A stretch of 64,000 nucleotides of DNA from Minisyncoccota bacterium (GTDB lineage: Bacteria; Patescibacteriota; Minisyncoccia; Phycocordibacterales; UBA6065): contig DASZXC010000003.1 of NCBI GenBank assembly GCA_035546035.1, forward strand, positions 479 to 64,478, given 5' to 3'. Below the pieces are notes generated by a model. It was given only the letters and a program-made list of their open reading frames with translations, was not told the DNA's origin and ran no database searches. Shown here in pieces: positions 47,134 through 58,263 of the stretch (position 1 is its first letter; every line of letters starts with the position of its first letter). The translations under genes and the position numbers were made by a program.

Positions 47134-49674
47134 ATGGCATCTTTCTTAACGAAGCTGTTCGGCGACCAGAATACGTCAGATCTGAAGCCGTTTTTGGCCT
47201 TAGTGCCGAAGATAAACGCTCTCGAGGAAGGCTTTAAGGCGCTTTCCGACGCCGATCTCAAAGGCAAGACCGCGGAATTCAAAGAGCGCCTCGTTAAAGG
47301 CGAGACTGAAGACGATCTATTGCCGGAGGCCTTCGCGGCGGTCCGCGAAGCGGCCCGCCGCACCCTCGGCCAGCGTCACTTCGACGTCCAGCTCGTCGGC
47401 GGCGCCATTTTGCATAAAAGCGGCATAGCCGAAATGCGCACGGGCGAAGGCAAGACGCTCGTCGCCACGCTCCCGACATACCTCAACGCGCTCTCCGGTC
47501 ACGGCGTCCACGTCGTCACGGTGAACGACTATCTGTCCCGCCGCGACGCGGCATGGATGGGACAGGTGTACGATTTCCTCGGCCTCACCTCTGCCGTCAT
47601 CAATCACGAATCCTCGTATCTTTACGATCCGGCGCATCGCAGCGCTCCGAATGACGCGAATGCCGACGAAAATCGCGACGAGACCGGCGCGTTCAAGGTC
47701 GCGCATGAGTTCCTCCGTCCCTGCTCTCGCAAGGAAGCCTATGCCGCCGACGTCACGTACGGCACCAACCAGGAATTCGGCTTCGACTACCTACGCGACA
47801 ACCTCGAATACTCGCCGGAAAACCTCCGCCAGCGCGAATGGAACTACGCCGTCGTGGACGAAGTGGACTCGATCCTCATAGACGAGGCGCGAACGCCGCT
47901 CATCATCTCGTCCGCTACGTCCGAATCCGAAGATTTGTATAAGATGTTCGCCAAGATCTCGACGAACCTCGTCAAAGACGAAGACTTCAAGCTCGACGAG
48001 AAGCGCAAGGCGATCCAGCTTACCGACGCGGGCATAACCAAGGCCGAAAAGCTCCTCGGCATCGACAACATATATACCGACCGCGGCGTTAAATACGTGC
48101 ATCACCTCGAAACGGCAGTCCGTGCCAAGGCTCTTTTCCATGTAGACAAGGAATACGTCGTCAGGAACGGCGAAGTGATCATCGTGGACGAATTCACCGG
48201 TCGCCTCCAGCCCGGTCGCCGCTGGTCCGAAGGCCTTCATCAGGCAATCGAGGCAAAAGAAGGCGTCACTATACAAAAGGAGACCCGCACGTTCGCTTCG
48301 ATCACGTATCAGAACTTCTTCAGGCTCTATAAGAAGCTCTCCGGCATGACGGGTACCGCCCTTACGTCCCGCGAAGAGTTCCATAAAGTATACGGCCTCA
48401 ACACTATCGCCGTCCCTACCAACAGGCAGGTCGCGAGGATAGACAGGAACGACCAGATATTCCAGACCGAGCAGGGAAAATTAAAGGCTATCGCCCGCAA
48501 GGTCAAAGAAGTGAACCAAAAAGGCCAGCCGGTGCTTATTGGCACGGTTTCGATCGAAAAGAACGAGACGCTTTCAGACTATCTGAAGCGCGAAGGCATC
48601 AAGCACGAGATCCTCAACGCCAAGAACCATGAAAGGGAAGGCGAGATCATCGCCCAGGCCGGAAGTTTCAGCGCCGTCACTATCGCGACGAACATGGCGG
48701 GCCGCGGCGTGGACATCAAGCTGGGCGGCGCGCTCGCGTCCAAAGAAGACGGCGACAAAGTGCGCGCGGTGGGCGGCTTGTTCGTCCTCGGCACGGAAAG
48801 GCACGAAGCCCGGCGCATAGACAACCAGCTCCGCGGACGTTCCGGCCGCCAGGGCGACCAGGGCGAGACGCAATTCTTCGTATCGCTCGAAGACACGCTC
48901 ATGCGCGTCTTCGCGACCGACATGGTCAAGCGCATGATGGGCCGATTCGGCATTCCCGAAGACGAGCCTGTCGAGAACCGCATGATAACGAGGTCGCTCG
49001 AAACGGCGCAGACCCGCATCGAAGGTTTCAACTTCGACGCCCGAAAGCACGTCCTCGAATATGACGACGTCATGAACCTCCATCGAAAGACCATATACGA
49101 CCGCAGGAGGAAGATGCTGATTGGCACAGATGGCGAAGCCATCGCCGAATTCACCGCTCTCATAGACGAGAACGATGAAGAGGGCAAAAAACTTGCCGAT
49201 TTCGTCAAAGCCAAGCGATCGGAGATGAGCGATGCAGGATTCGCCGCCGCTCTTCGCAGGCTTTTCCTCCAGTGCATAGACATGTTCTGGGTCGAGCATC
49301 TCGAGGCCATGGAATATCTCCGCTCGTCGGTCAATCTCCGCGCCTATGGCCAACGCGATCCGTTGGTCGAGTACAAGAGGGAAGGCCTCGCGCTCTTTAA
49401 ATCCATGCAGATGTCCATAAACGCCCAGGTCATGAATCTGGCAAAGAATATCGGACAGATAACTGGCGCGGTTACGGTAGATATGAAGCCTCTCAACGCC
49501 GTCGAAGCCGACGCAAAGGGCATTCTGGGCGCCGACGGCGCGAAGTCGGCAGCTTCCGCCGACAGAATGGGCCGAAACGACAAAATAGTTATCACCAGGG
49601 GCGGGGAGGAAAAAGAGGTAAAATGGAAGAAGCTCGATTCATACCTGAAAGACGGCTGGGTAGCGAAGAGATAA
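47134..49674 (+). CDS. secA: Preprotein translocase ATPase SecA
   Basis: EMRTGEGKT, VTVNDYL, DEVDSILIDEARTPLIIS, ATNMAGRG, QLRGRSGRQGD. Confidence 0.99.
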   Translation: MASFLTKLFGDQNTSDLKPFLALVPKINALEEGFKALSDADLKGKTAEFKERLVKGETEDDLLPEAFAAVREAARRTLGQRHFDVQLVGGAILHKSGIAEMRTGEGKTLVATLPTYLNALSGHGVHVVTVNDYLSRRDAAWMGQVYDFLGLTSAVINHESSYLYDPAHRSAPNDANADENRDETGAFKVAHEFLRPCSRKEAYAADVTYGTNQEFGFDYLRDNLEYSPENLRQREWNYAVVDEVDSILIDEARTPLIISSATSESEDLYKMFAKISTNLVKDEDFKLDEKRKAIQLTDAGITKAEKLLGIDNIYTDRGVKYVHHLETAVRAKALFHVDKEYVVRNGEVIIVDEFTGRLQPGRRWSEGLHQAIEAKEGVTIQKETRTFASITYQNFFRLYKKLSGMTGTALTSREEFHKVYGLNTIAVPTNRQVARIDRNDQIFQTEQGKLKAIARKVKEVNQKGQPVLIGTVSIEKNETLSDYLKREGIKHEILNAKNHEREGEIIAQAGSFSAVTIATNMAGRGVDIKLGGALASKEDGDKVRAVGGLFVLGTERHEARRIDNQLRGRSGRQGDQGETQFFVSLEDTLMRVFATDMVKRMMGRFGIPEDEPVENRMITRSLETAQTRIEGFNFDARKHVLEYDDVMNLHRKTIYDRRRKMLIGTDGEAIAEFTALIDENDEEGKKLADFVKAKRSEMSDAGFAAALRRLFLQCIDMFWVEHLEAMEYLRSSVNLRAYGQRDPLVEYKREGLALFKSMQMSINAQVMNLAKNIGQITGAVTVDMKPLNAVEADAKGILGADGAKSAASADRMGRNDKIVITRGGEEKEVKWKKLDSYLKDGWVAKR

Positions 49675-49693
49675 CCGAAACGATCGAGCCCTT

Positions 49694-50260
49694 ATGCTTG
49701 AAGTAATCCTTGCTCAATACGGTCTTGTCGCCGTCTTTCTCGGTACCTTCTTTGAAGGCGAGATCGTCGTCATCGCCGCCGGGATCCTGGCGAGCCTCGA
49801 GTTCTTGCCTCTTCCCGCGGTTTTGGCCGTGGCGTTCGCGGCGACGTTCCTCGGCGACCAGTTCTTTTTCTTCGTAGGAAGGCAGAAAGGCACCGCATTC
49901 CTCGAGAAGCGCCACCGAAGGCACTGGAGGAAGCGCGCGGAGAAGGTCCACGACCTCATCCACAACCATCAGAACAAGATCCTATTCGGCTACCGCTTCC
50001 TCTACGGCCTCCGCATCCCGACGCTCTTCGCACTCGGAACGAGCGAGCTTCCGACCAAGAAATTCGTCCTCCTCAATATCGTCAATTCCGCCGTCTGGAC
50101 GTCGCTCTTCGTCCTCGGCGGCTATTTCTTCGGCGACGTCTTTATTTCATATTTCGATACGGCGAAAATCTATACCCGCGAGATACTCATCGGCGCCGGC
50201 ATATTCGCTCTTCTGGTCTGGGTCGGTTCCTGGCTCAAGAATAGGGAAGAATATAACTAG
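49694..50260 (+). CDS. DedA-family membrane protein
   Basis: F.EGE, LGDQ..F..GR, RFLYGLR. Confidence 0.9.
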   Translation: MLEVILAQYGLVAVFLGTFFEGEIVVIAAGILASLEFLPLPAVLAVAFAATFLGDQFFFFVGRQKGTAFLEKRHRRHWRKRAEKVHDLIHNHQNKILFGYRFLYGLRIPTLFALGTSELPTKKFVLLNIVNSAVWTSLFVLGGYFFGDVFISYFDTAKIYTREILIGAGIFALLVWVGSWLKNREEYN

Positions 50261-51816
50261 GATACAAGGTTCGCGCCTGTCATGACGGCAGGTTTTTTGA
50301 TGCCTAAAAGCGCGAGCATGGTCGGCGCTATGTCGGCAAGGCCGCCCGTGACGCCCTGCGGCGCATGTGCGAGCTGTCTTTTGGTGAATTTTACCGCAGC
50401 GCTCGTGATGATGGCAGGTACGGGATTGATCGTATGTGCGGTATGCTTTTCTCCGGTCGCCGGGTCGATGTTGAGCTCCGCATTACCATGGTCCGCAGTG
50501 ACGAATGCGACGCCGCCTCGTTTTACCAGAGCTTCCACGACGCGTTTCAATTGAGCGTCTACGGTTTCCACAGCTTTTACGATGGCCGCGACGTTCGCGG
50601 TATGGCCGACCATGTCGGGATTGGCGAAATTGATGAATATGAAATTCGCTCCCGCTTCGATCTCTTCGATCGCCTTGTCTGCGATCGCTTCGGCGCGCAT
50701 TTCGGGCGCTTGATCGTGGGTCTTCACGTCCTTGCGGCTTTCCAGGAGGAGATGTCTTTCGCCCGGATACGGCTTTTCGACGCCGCCGTTCATGAAATAG
50801 GTCGCGTGAGGGAACTTTTCCGTCTCTGCTATGTGCGCTTGGGTCATGCCCGCCGCCGAAATCTCTTTCGCGAGCGTCGTCTCTATGATTCGGGGAGGGA
50901 AAGCGACTTCGCACCCGAACGTCTTGTCATATTCCGTCAGCGTCGCGAAGGCGATATTTTCTTTTGCGGCGCGCTCGATCGTCTTTTTCGATATCTGGCG
51001 GGCGCGATCGGCGCGGAAATTGAAAAAGAATGCCGCATCGCCGGACCGTATCGGATAGCTCTTGCCGCTTTTGTCCAAAAACACGACGGGTTCGAGGTGC
51101 TCGTCGAGTGCCCCTTTCGCATGGAGGCGCGATATGACTTCCGACGGGATCTCGCCTGGCTCGCAGACGTTTCCCTTGCATTCGAAGAGTGCTTCCTCGG
51201 CTTTTTTCACGCGGTCCCAATTATTGTCGCGGTCCATAGCATAGAAGCGGCCCGTCGCCGTGGCGATGAATCCGATACCGATCTTCTCTAGATCGGATTC
51301 GAGTTCGCGGAGGAATTGCGCCGAGCTCTGCGGCGGAGTGTCGCGGCCGTCGGTGTATGCGTGGATGGCGACTTGGCGGATGCCGGCGTCTTTTGCCGCC
51401 TGGACGAATGCGACAAGGTGGTCCTGATGGGCATGCACGCCGCCGTTACCGATGAGGCCCTTAGCATGGAGCGTCGAACCATTCTTTTTGACGTGGTCGA
51501 AGAGCTTTTTGAATGCCGGGATGCGCGCGAATTCGCCGCTCTCGATGGATTTCTTTATGCGCACGAGGTCGGTGTCTATGACCGTGCCTGCGCCGATCGT
51601 GGTGTGGCCGATCTCGCTGTTTCCCATCTGTCCGCGCGGCAGGCCTACGTGAAGGCCGGACGCTTCGAGCAGGGTATGAGGATATTCGCGCCAGATCTTA
51701 TCGAAAAAAGGCTTTTTTGCCGCCGACACGGCGTTGTCTTCCGGATCTTCCCGATGGCCCCAGCCGTCGAGGACGATGAGCGCGGTTTGAGCGAAGGTTT
51801 TCATAGGGTTTTTCAT
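50257..51816 (-). CDS. gpmI: 2,3-bisphosphoglycerate-independent phosphoglycerate mutase
   Basis: LDGWG, GQMGNSEIGH, DGRDT, NFRADR, AETEK, NFANPDMVGH, ADHGNAE; start ATG 51816 or 51804. Confidence 0.97.
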   Translation of the reverse strand: MKNPMKTFAQTALIVLDGWGHREDPEDNAVSAAKKPFFDKIWREYPHTLLEASGLHVGLPRGQMGNSEIGHTTIGAGTVIDTDLVRIKKSIESGEFARIPAFKKLFDHVKKNGSTLHAKGLIGNGGVHAHQDHLVAFVQAAKDAGIRQVAIHAYTDGRDTPPQSSAQFLRELESDLEKIGIGFIATATGRFYAMDRDNNWDRVKKAEEALFECKGNVCEPGEIPSEVISRLHAKGALDEHLEPVVFLDKSGKSYPIRSGDAAFFFNFRADRARQISKKTIERAAKENIAFATLTEYDKTFGCEVAFPPRIIETTLAKEISAAGMTQAHIAETEKFPHATYFMNGGVEKPYPGERHLLLESRKDVKTHDQAPEMRAEAIADKAIEEIEAGANFIFINFANPDMVGHTANVAAIVKAVETVDAQLKRVVEALVKRGGVAFVTADHGNAELNIDPATGEKHTAHTINPVPAIITSAAVKFTKRQLAHAPQGVTGGLADIAPTMLALLGIKKPAVMTGANLVS

Positions 51817-51864
51817 GCGTTTAAGAGAGCCTCTATTGTACAAAAAGTTGTGCACCGCGAGTCC

Positions 51865-51893
51865 TTGACCGAGTCCCTCGGCAGTTGTAGGGT
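51865..51893 (+). promoter_or_regulatory. Possible sigma70-type promoter
   Basis: TTGACC-N17-TAGGGT with TG extension. Confidence 0.45.
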
Positions 51894-51947
51894 ATTTGAG
51901 GTAACGAGCACACTCAGAAACATAAACCTTTAACAAAAGGATTTGGT

Positions 51948-52439
51948 ATGTCAGTAAAAAAGAATACGTCAGGAACAGGTAGCGTACTCAGCGGCTACGT
52001 CGATGTGGATGACCGGAAACAGCCCGAACACGCGGAACACGACTGGCGGTTCCTCGGCAGGGGCATGGATGCCGACGACGCGCACGAGCTCCAGGAGTCG
52101 GAGCGTCGCGGCATCGAGCTGATCGAGGTCATTCCGGAACGCGGCGGTAAGCGTCTCCGTCACACGGGTTTCGTCTTCGAAGGCCAGCTTCCCGTTCTCC
52201 AGGCGGATCTCCGCAACGGGCTCGACGCGTGCGATTGCGACTGCGCCGCCAAGGGCAAGGTCTGCATTCGCTGTTGCACGCACCAAGATCTGCTCGGCGT
52301 TCCGGCCGCCGTAACGGAGCTCATCGAGGTCACCAACCGCCGGACAAAAATCGTCGGCGGGCGGAAGCTCGCGGAGGTCTTCGACCTTGTTATGCCGTAT
52401 GGAGTCGCGTCCATGCTCGGTCTCGCTCGCGCGGAATAA
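51948..52439 (+). CDS. Hypothetical protein with Cys-rich motif
   Basis: SD-like aaagga upstream; CDCDC...CIRCCTH cluster; own terminator. Confidence 0.65.
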   Translation: MSVKKNTSGTGSVLSGYVDVDDRKQPEHAEHDWRFLGRGMDADDAHELQESERRGIELIEVIPERGGKRLRHTGFVFEGQLPVLQADLRNGLDACDCDCAAKGKVCIRCCTHQDLLGVPAAVTELIEVTNRRTKIVGGRKLAEVFDLVMPYGVASMLGLARAE

Positions 52440-52454
52440 GTCCGCTCCGCGCAT

Positions 52455-52486
52455 AAAGCCGCCCCGGTTTTCCAGGGCGGCTTTTT
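52455..52486. terminator. Terminator between convergent genes
   Basis: aaagccgccc...gggcggcttttt. Confidence 0.75.
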
Positions 52487-52509
52487 CATCGGAGAGATCG
52501 CGGCAGGAT

Positions 52510-53820
<1,311 letters not shown>

Positions 53821-53862
53821 CTAAAGGTAATAGGGCACCATTATACATGCTATACTTTTTTC

Positions 53863-54192
53863 ATGAAAATCATCCTCAGATTTTTGCTCGTTGCCGGTGC
53901 GATCATGGCTTTGCCGCATCTTGTCCCCGGCATCGCCGTCGCGGGCATATACCCGGCGCTTATCGCGGCCGCCATATTCGGTCTCTTGAATCTCGTCGTC
54001 AAACCGATCGTCGGCATCGTGACGCTGCCTATAAATATCGTCACCCTCGGCCTCTTCGGGCTCGTCGTGAACAGCCTCTTGCTCTGGTTCGTCGGCTCGT
54101 TCGTCGCCGGATTCTCAGTCGCCACGTTCACGGCCGCATTCGTCGGCGCCCTTATCCTGGCCGTCGTTAACTGGATTGCGCACCTCTTTTAA
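53863..54192 (+). CDS. YvlD/4-TMS phage-holin-like membrane protein
   Basis: LLN..VKP...TLP..I.TLGLF..VVN. Confidence 0.88.
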   Translation: MKIILRFLLVAGAIMALPHLVPGIAVAGIYPALIAAAIFGLLNLVVKPIVGIVTLPINIVTLGLFGLVVNSLLLWFVGSFVAGFSVATFTAAFVGALILAVVNWIAHLF

Positions 54193-54208
54193 GGTAAGGT
54201 GACACCCT

Positions 54209-55180
54209 ATGGCATTCGTAGACGAAGTAGAATTTCACGTAAAGGCGGGCAAAGGCGGAAGCGGCGTCGAGCGCTGGCTCCATGAGAAAGGCAAGGAGTT
54301 CATGGGTCCCGCAGGCGGCAACGGCGGCAAGGGAGGCGACGTGTACGTCGAGGCTGTCCGCGATATCGGCATTTTGAACTCGTACCGAAACGTGAAGCTT
54401 TTTGAAGCCGAAGACGGCAAAGACGGCGACAAGAAGGGAATGGAAGGCCGCGCGGGCGAGGATCTGATCCTCAAGCTGCCCGTCGGTTCCGTCGTCTATA
54501 ACAAGGACACCGAGCAATCGTTCGAGCTTTTGAAGGAAGGCGAGCGCGCGCTCGTCTTGAAAGGCGGCCGCTACGGCCTGGGCAACGAGCACTTCAAGGC
54601 TTCGACCAATCAGAGGCCGACCCAGACGACCGAAGGCCGAACGGGCGAGGAAGCTGATTTCCATGTCGTCCTGAAGCTCATCGTGGACGCCGGCTTCGTC
54701 GGGTTCCCGAATGCGGGCAAGTCGTCGCTCTTGAACGCGCTCACGAACGCGAAATCGAAAGTGGCTTCGTATCAATTCACCACGCTCGAGCCGGCCCTCG
54801 GCGACATGTACGGATTCATCCTCGCCGACATCCCCGGCCTCATCGAAGGCGCGTCGGAAGGAAAGGGTCTCGGCGACAAATTCCTGCGCCACATATCGCG
54901 CACGAAGATGGTCCTGCACTGCATATCGCTCGAAAACGAAGACATCGCGGCGGCATACAAGACCATTCGCGCCGAGCTCGAGAACTATTCAGACGAATTG
55001 GCGAAGAAGCGCGAGATCATCCTCCTCACTAAGACCGATCTCGTAGACGAAGCCGCCCTCTCGAAGAAAGTGAAGGAAGCGAAGAAGCTTAATCCCGAAG
55101 TCCTGTACGTTTCGGTCATAAACGACGAGCAGGTGAAAGCTCTGAAAGACGGATTGGTGAAGACTTTGCGGCAGGAATAG
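54209..55180 (+). CDS. obgE: GTPase ObgE/CgtA
   Basis: FVDE, Gly-rich Obg fold, GFPNAGKSS, FTTLEP, DIPGLIEGAS; G4 variant TKTD. Confidence 0.97.
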   Translation: MAFVDEVEFHVKAGKGGSGVERWLHEKGKEFMGPAGGNGGKGGDVYVEAVRDIGILNSYRNVKLFEAEDGKDGDKKGMEGRAGEDLILKLPVGSVVYNKDTEQSFELLKEGERALVLKGGRYGLGNEHFKASTNQRPTQTTEGRTGEEADFHVVLKLIVDAGFVGFPNAGKSSLLNALTNAKSKVASYQFTTLEPALGDMYGFILADIPGLIEGASEGKGLGDKFLRHISRTKMVLHCISLENEDIAAAYKTIRAELENYSDELAKKREIILLTKTDLVDEAALSKKVKEAKKLNPEVLYVSVINDEQVKALKDGLVKTLRQE

Positions 55181-55196
55181 CGCGCTCGCGCATATA

Positions 55197-55226
55197 AAAA
55201 AACCGATAGGAGCAATCCTATCGGTT
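55197..55226. terminator. Terminator
   Basis: aaccgatagga-gcaa-tcctatcggtt with A run on the left (T tail on minus strand). Confidence 0.7.
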
Positions 55227-55245
55227 CGTTCGCGCTTGGCGGCGC

Positions 55246-55848
55246 TTAGGGTCTGATCCATCCCGGCGCCGGGGCAGGGATTATCTCGCTGACGACCTTG
55301 GCGGGGTTTCCGCCCGCTATCGCGTTGTCGGGCACGTCCTTCACCGCCAGAGCCATCGCTCCGACGATGGAGTTCTCCCCGACGGTGACGCCGTGGCGGA
55401 CGAAAGCCCGGAACCCGATCCAGCAGTTCCTCTTCAGGCGGATGTTCCCTTTCTTCACCGGCGCGCCCGGGAACACGGGATGATAATCCGACGTGAAGAG
55501 CACCGATTCGTTGCCGAGCTTTGCATGAGACTCGATCACGACTTCGCAGCCGGTCTCGACGTGGATCAGAGCGCCTTGGTTGATATAGACGCCCTCGCCT
55601 ATGATCAGCCTGCCGCCTTCGTTCACGTAGAGGACGGTCCGGTCTCTCGACGAGGACCAGATGGCGCAGTTCTTCCCGAAGGAGATCGTGCCTCTGTTGC
55701 ACAGGCTCGGACAGTCGCCTTCGATGTGGGGTATGTTGTCTCGCACCCCGCGCCTGCGAAAATACAGCTCGTTTCGGAATCTCTTGCAGCGCTTCATGAC
55801 GCGCCGGGCAAATCGCTTGCCCTTCGCGAACAGGGAATCGTCTTTCAT
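55246..55848 (-). CDS. Hexapeptide-repeat (left-handed beta-helix) acyltransferase
   Basis: IGEGVYIN, SDYH, NCWIG, GVTVGENSIVGA...V.KDVP...GGNPAK; start ATG 55848. Confidence 0.88.
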   Translation of the reverse strand: MKDDSLFAKGKRFARRVMKRCKRFRNELYFRRRGVRDNIPHIEGDCPSLCNRGTISFGKNCAIWSSSRDRTVLYVNEGGRLIIGEGVYINQGALIHVETGCEVVIESHAKLGNESVLFTSDYHPVFPGAPVKKGNIRLKRNCWIGFRAFVRHGVTVGENSIVGAMALAVKDVPDNAIAGGNPAKVVSEIIPAPAPGWIRP

Positions 55849-55889
55849 ATGCGGTTTGGATGGTTGTTGTAGAGAGCGTTTATGATATA

Positions 55890-55918
55890 AGTATATCAAA
55901 TATATATCCAAATGTCAA
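55890..55918 (-). promoter_or_regulatory. Near-consensus sigma70 promoter
   Basis: TTGACA-N17-TATACT on the minus strand upstream of the acyltransferase. Confidence 0.8.
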
Positions 55919-55993
55919 TGGCATTTTGGAATGTCTTAGAAAAGTCCGGTTTCTTTGTGCGAATAGGGTCTCTTTGCTAGTATGGATTTCGCG

Positions 55994-57451
55994 ATGAAGA
56001 CCTATATTCCTACGATCGGTCTCGAGATCCACGCGGAGCTCAAGACCGCGACCAAGATGTTCTGCGACTCCAAGAACGACCCGTTCAACAGCGCCCCGAA
56101 TGCGAACGTCTGTCCGATCTGTATGGGACATCCGGGCACGCTTCCGGTCATAAACAAGAAGGCGGTCGAGCACGTCCTCCGTGTCGGAGTCGCATTGGGC
56201 GCAGAGCTCGCGGACTTCACCGAATTCGACCGCAAGAACTATTTCTATCCCGATATCCCGAAGGGCTATCAGCTTTCCCAATATAAATATCCGCTCGTGA
56301 AGGGCGGCAGGCTCGGCGACGTAGAGATAACCCGCGTGCACCTGGAAGAAGACACCGCGTCGTCGGTCCATGACAGCGAGAACGGGCAGAGCGACTACTC
56401 GCTCGTGGATTTCAATCGCGCGGGCGTGCCTTTGATGGAGCTTGTCACCGAGCCGGTCATCCATTCTGCTGAAGAGGCGGGAGATTTCGGCCGCGAGCTC
56501 CAGCTTTTGCTTCGCACGCTCGGCGTATCCGAAGCGAACATGGAAAAAGGAGAGATGCGCGTCGAGGCGAACATCTCTATCGCCACGGAAGAAGACACCG
56601 CCGCGCGAAAATTCGGCACGAAAGTTGAAGTGAAGAACCTCAATTCGTTCAAAGCCGCCGAAAAAGCGATCGCGTACGAAGTCGCGCGACACATCGAGGT
56701 CATCGAATCGGGAGGCAAGATCGAGCAGGAGACCCGCGGCTGGGACGACAATAAAGGCAAGACGTTCAGCCAGCGCAAGAAAGAGGACTCTCACGACTAT
56801 CGCTATTTCCCGGATCCTGACCTGCCGAAGCTCAAGATATCGGAGATACCTGAATTTTCCCTGAAGAATCTCCGCGACACTATGCCCGAGCTGCCGTGGG
56901 AGAAGCGCGAGCGCTATGCGGCGATCGGTCTGAAGCCTACTGATATACATATATATGTGTCGTCGCCTCTCGTCGGGTCTTTCTTCGAAGCCTCTACCGT
57001 CGGTTTCGGTAAGAAAGAGGCCATTTTGACGGCCTCCAACTATATTTCCACCGATATCCTGGGCCTTATAAAGAAGAAATACGGCGAAGGTCGGGAAGAG
57101 CGAATCTCTACACTGCCGTTCGGCCCTAAAGAGTTCGCGAAACTCGTAGCTATGATCGATTCCAAGTCCGTTTCCTCGCGCGGAGCGAAAGACATCCTCG
57201 CCATCATGTTCGAAAAGGGCGGAGAGCCCGAGGCGATCGCCGCCGAAAATAATCTCGGCCAGAAATCCGACGAAGGCGCGGTAAAAAAGATCGCCGAGGA
57301 AGTGATCGCTGAAAATCCGGCTGTGGCGGAAGATTTCAAGAAGGGCAAGCAGGCATCGCTGCAGTTCCTCATCGGACAGGGTATGAAAAAATCGAAAGGA
57401 TCCGCGAATCCGGAAGTCTTGAAGAGCGCTCTCGCGTCGCTTCTCTCGTAA
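55994..57451 (+). CDS. gatB: Asp-tRNA(Asn)/Glu-tRNA(Gln) amidotransferase subunit B
   Basis: IGLEIH, CPIC.G.PG.LP, RKNYFYPD.PK.YQ, NRAGVPLME, EVKNLNS, DYRYFPDPDLP. Confidence 0.98.
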   Translation: MKTYIPTIGLEIHAELKTATKMFCDSKNDPFNSAPNANVCPICMGHPGTLPVINKKAVEHVLRVGVALGAELADFTEFDRKNYFYPDIPKGYQLSQYKYPLVKGGRLGDVEITRVHLEEDTASSVHDSENGQSDYSLVDFNRAGVPLMELVTEPVIHSAEEAGDFGRELQLLLRTLGVSEANMEKGEMRVEANISIATEEDTAARKFGTKVEVKNLNSFKAAEKAIAYEVARHIEVIESGGKIEQETRGWDDNKGKTFSQRKKEDSHDYRYFPDPDLPKLKISEIPEFSLKNLRDTMPELPWEKRERYAAIGLKPTDIHIYVSSPLVGSFFEASTVGFGKKEAILTASNYISTDILGLIKKKYGEGREERISTLPFGPKEFAKLVAMIDSKSVSSRGAKDILAIMFEKGGEPEAIAAENNLGQKSDEGAVKKIAEEVIAENPAVAEDFKKGKQASLQFLIGQGMKKSKGSANPEVLKSALASLLS

Positions 57452-57468
57452 TATCGTCTTCAAATCTC

Positions 57469-57981
57469 ATGACAAGCTTTTTCATCACCATAGCGGTCGC
57501 CGTCGCGGCGATCGTCGGAGGTGTCGCACTGCGCGGGCATCCGTCGGAAAAGATCTCTTCGGCTACGACGACCGCAACGAGCACGCATGCAACCGCGCTC
57601 TCCGACGAAAGATATCCCCATGCAGAAGTGACGATAGGAGGGAAAGCGTTCGATGCTCTCGTCGCGGACACGGAGGAGCTCAAGGATCTCGGTCTCGGCG
57701 ACCGAAAAGGCCTCGAAAAAGACCAGGCAATGCTGTTTCCGTTCGACGAGCCTTCGTATCTCGGATTTTGGATGAAAGACATGCTCTTTTCGATAGACAT
57801 GTTGTGGCTCGATGCCGATCTTCGCGTCGTCTCGTTCGAGTCGAACGTCTCTCCGAAGACGTATCCGAAAGCTTTCTTTCCTCCGAAGCCTGCGCAGTAT
57901 GTGATCGAGCTCTCTGCCGGCGCTTTGTCAGAGCTTGGTGTAAAAGCCGGAGATAAAATAAATCTCTCGGCGCATCGGTAA
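57469..57981 (+). CDS. DUF192-family exported protein
   Basis: N-terminal TM, VADT...GL..R, MLF.F, FWMKDM..IDM, YVIEL.AG. Confidence 0.9.
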   Translation: MTSFFITIAVAVAAIVGGVALRGHPSEKISSATTTATSTHATALSDERYPHAEVTIGGKAFDALVADTEELKDLGLGDRKGLEKDQAMLFPFDEPSYLGFWMKDMLFSIDMLWLDADLRVVSFESNVSPKTYPKAFFPPKPAQYVIELSAGALSELGVKAGDKINLSAHR

Positions 57982-58263
57982 TCTGTTTCCCGTCGGGAAA
58001 TGCCGAAAGTCTCTTCATTTTTTCTTGATTTTTATTTTTCTCGTTCGGCTCCCTTCCGGATTTCAAAAAGACGCCCGAGGACGGATCTTAAAATCGCACA
58101 TATTTAAGCGCTTTTACGAGCGTCCTTAAAATCTTGTTTTGACAGAGGGCGCCTGCCGTTCTCTAAGTTCTATTCCACAACTTTTCGCCTATCGGCTCGT
58201 GTAAAATAAATCAGCGTTAAATTTTTTATCAGCCATCCCTCAACCATTATCAACTTCCGCGTC

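Noticed and set aside
53863-54192. Holin as evidence of a prophage
   Set aside because: YvlD-like family is common on chromosomes; flanked by eno and obgE, no endolysin
55020-55045. Obg G4 motif TKTD instead of NKxD as a sign of inactivation
   Set aside because: TKxD is a tolerated G4 variant and the other G motifs are intact
57982-58263. oriC, NrdR boxes or a riboswitch in the AT-rich gap upstream of nrdA
   Set aside because: Only one imperfect DnaA-like box (tattccaca) and a short cttaaaatc repeat; no convincing NrdR palindrome or aptamer
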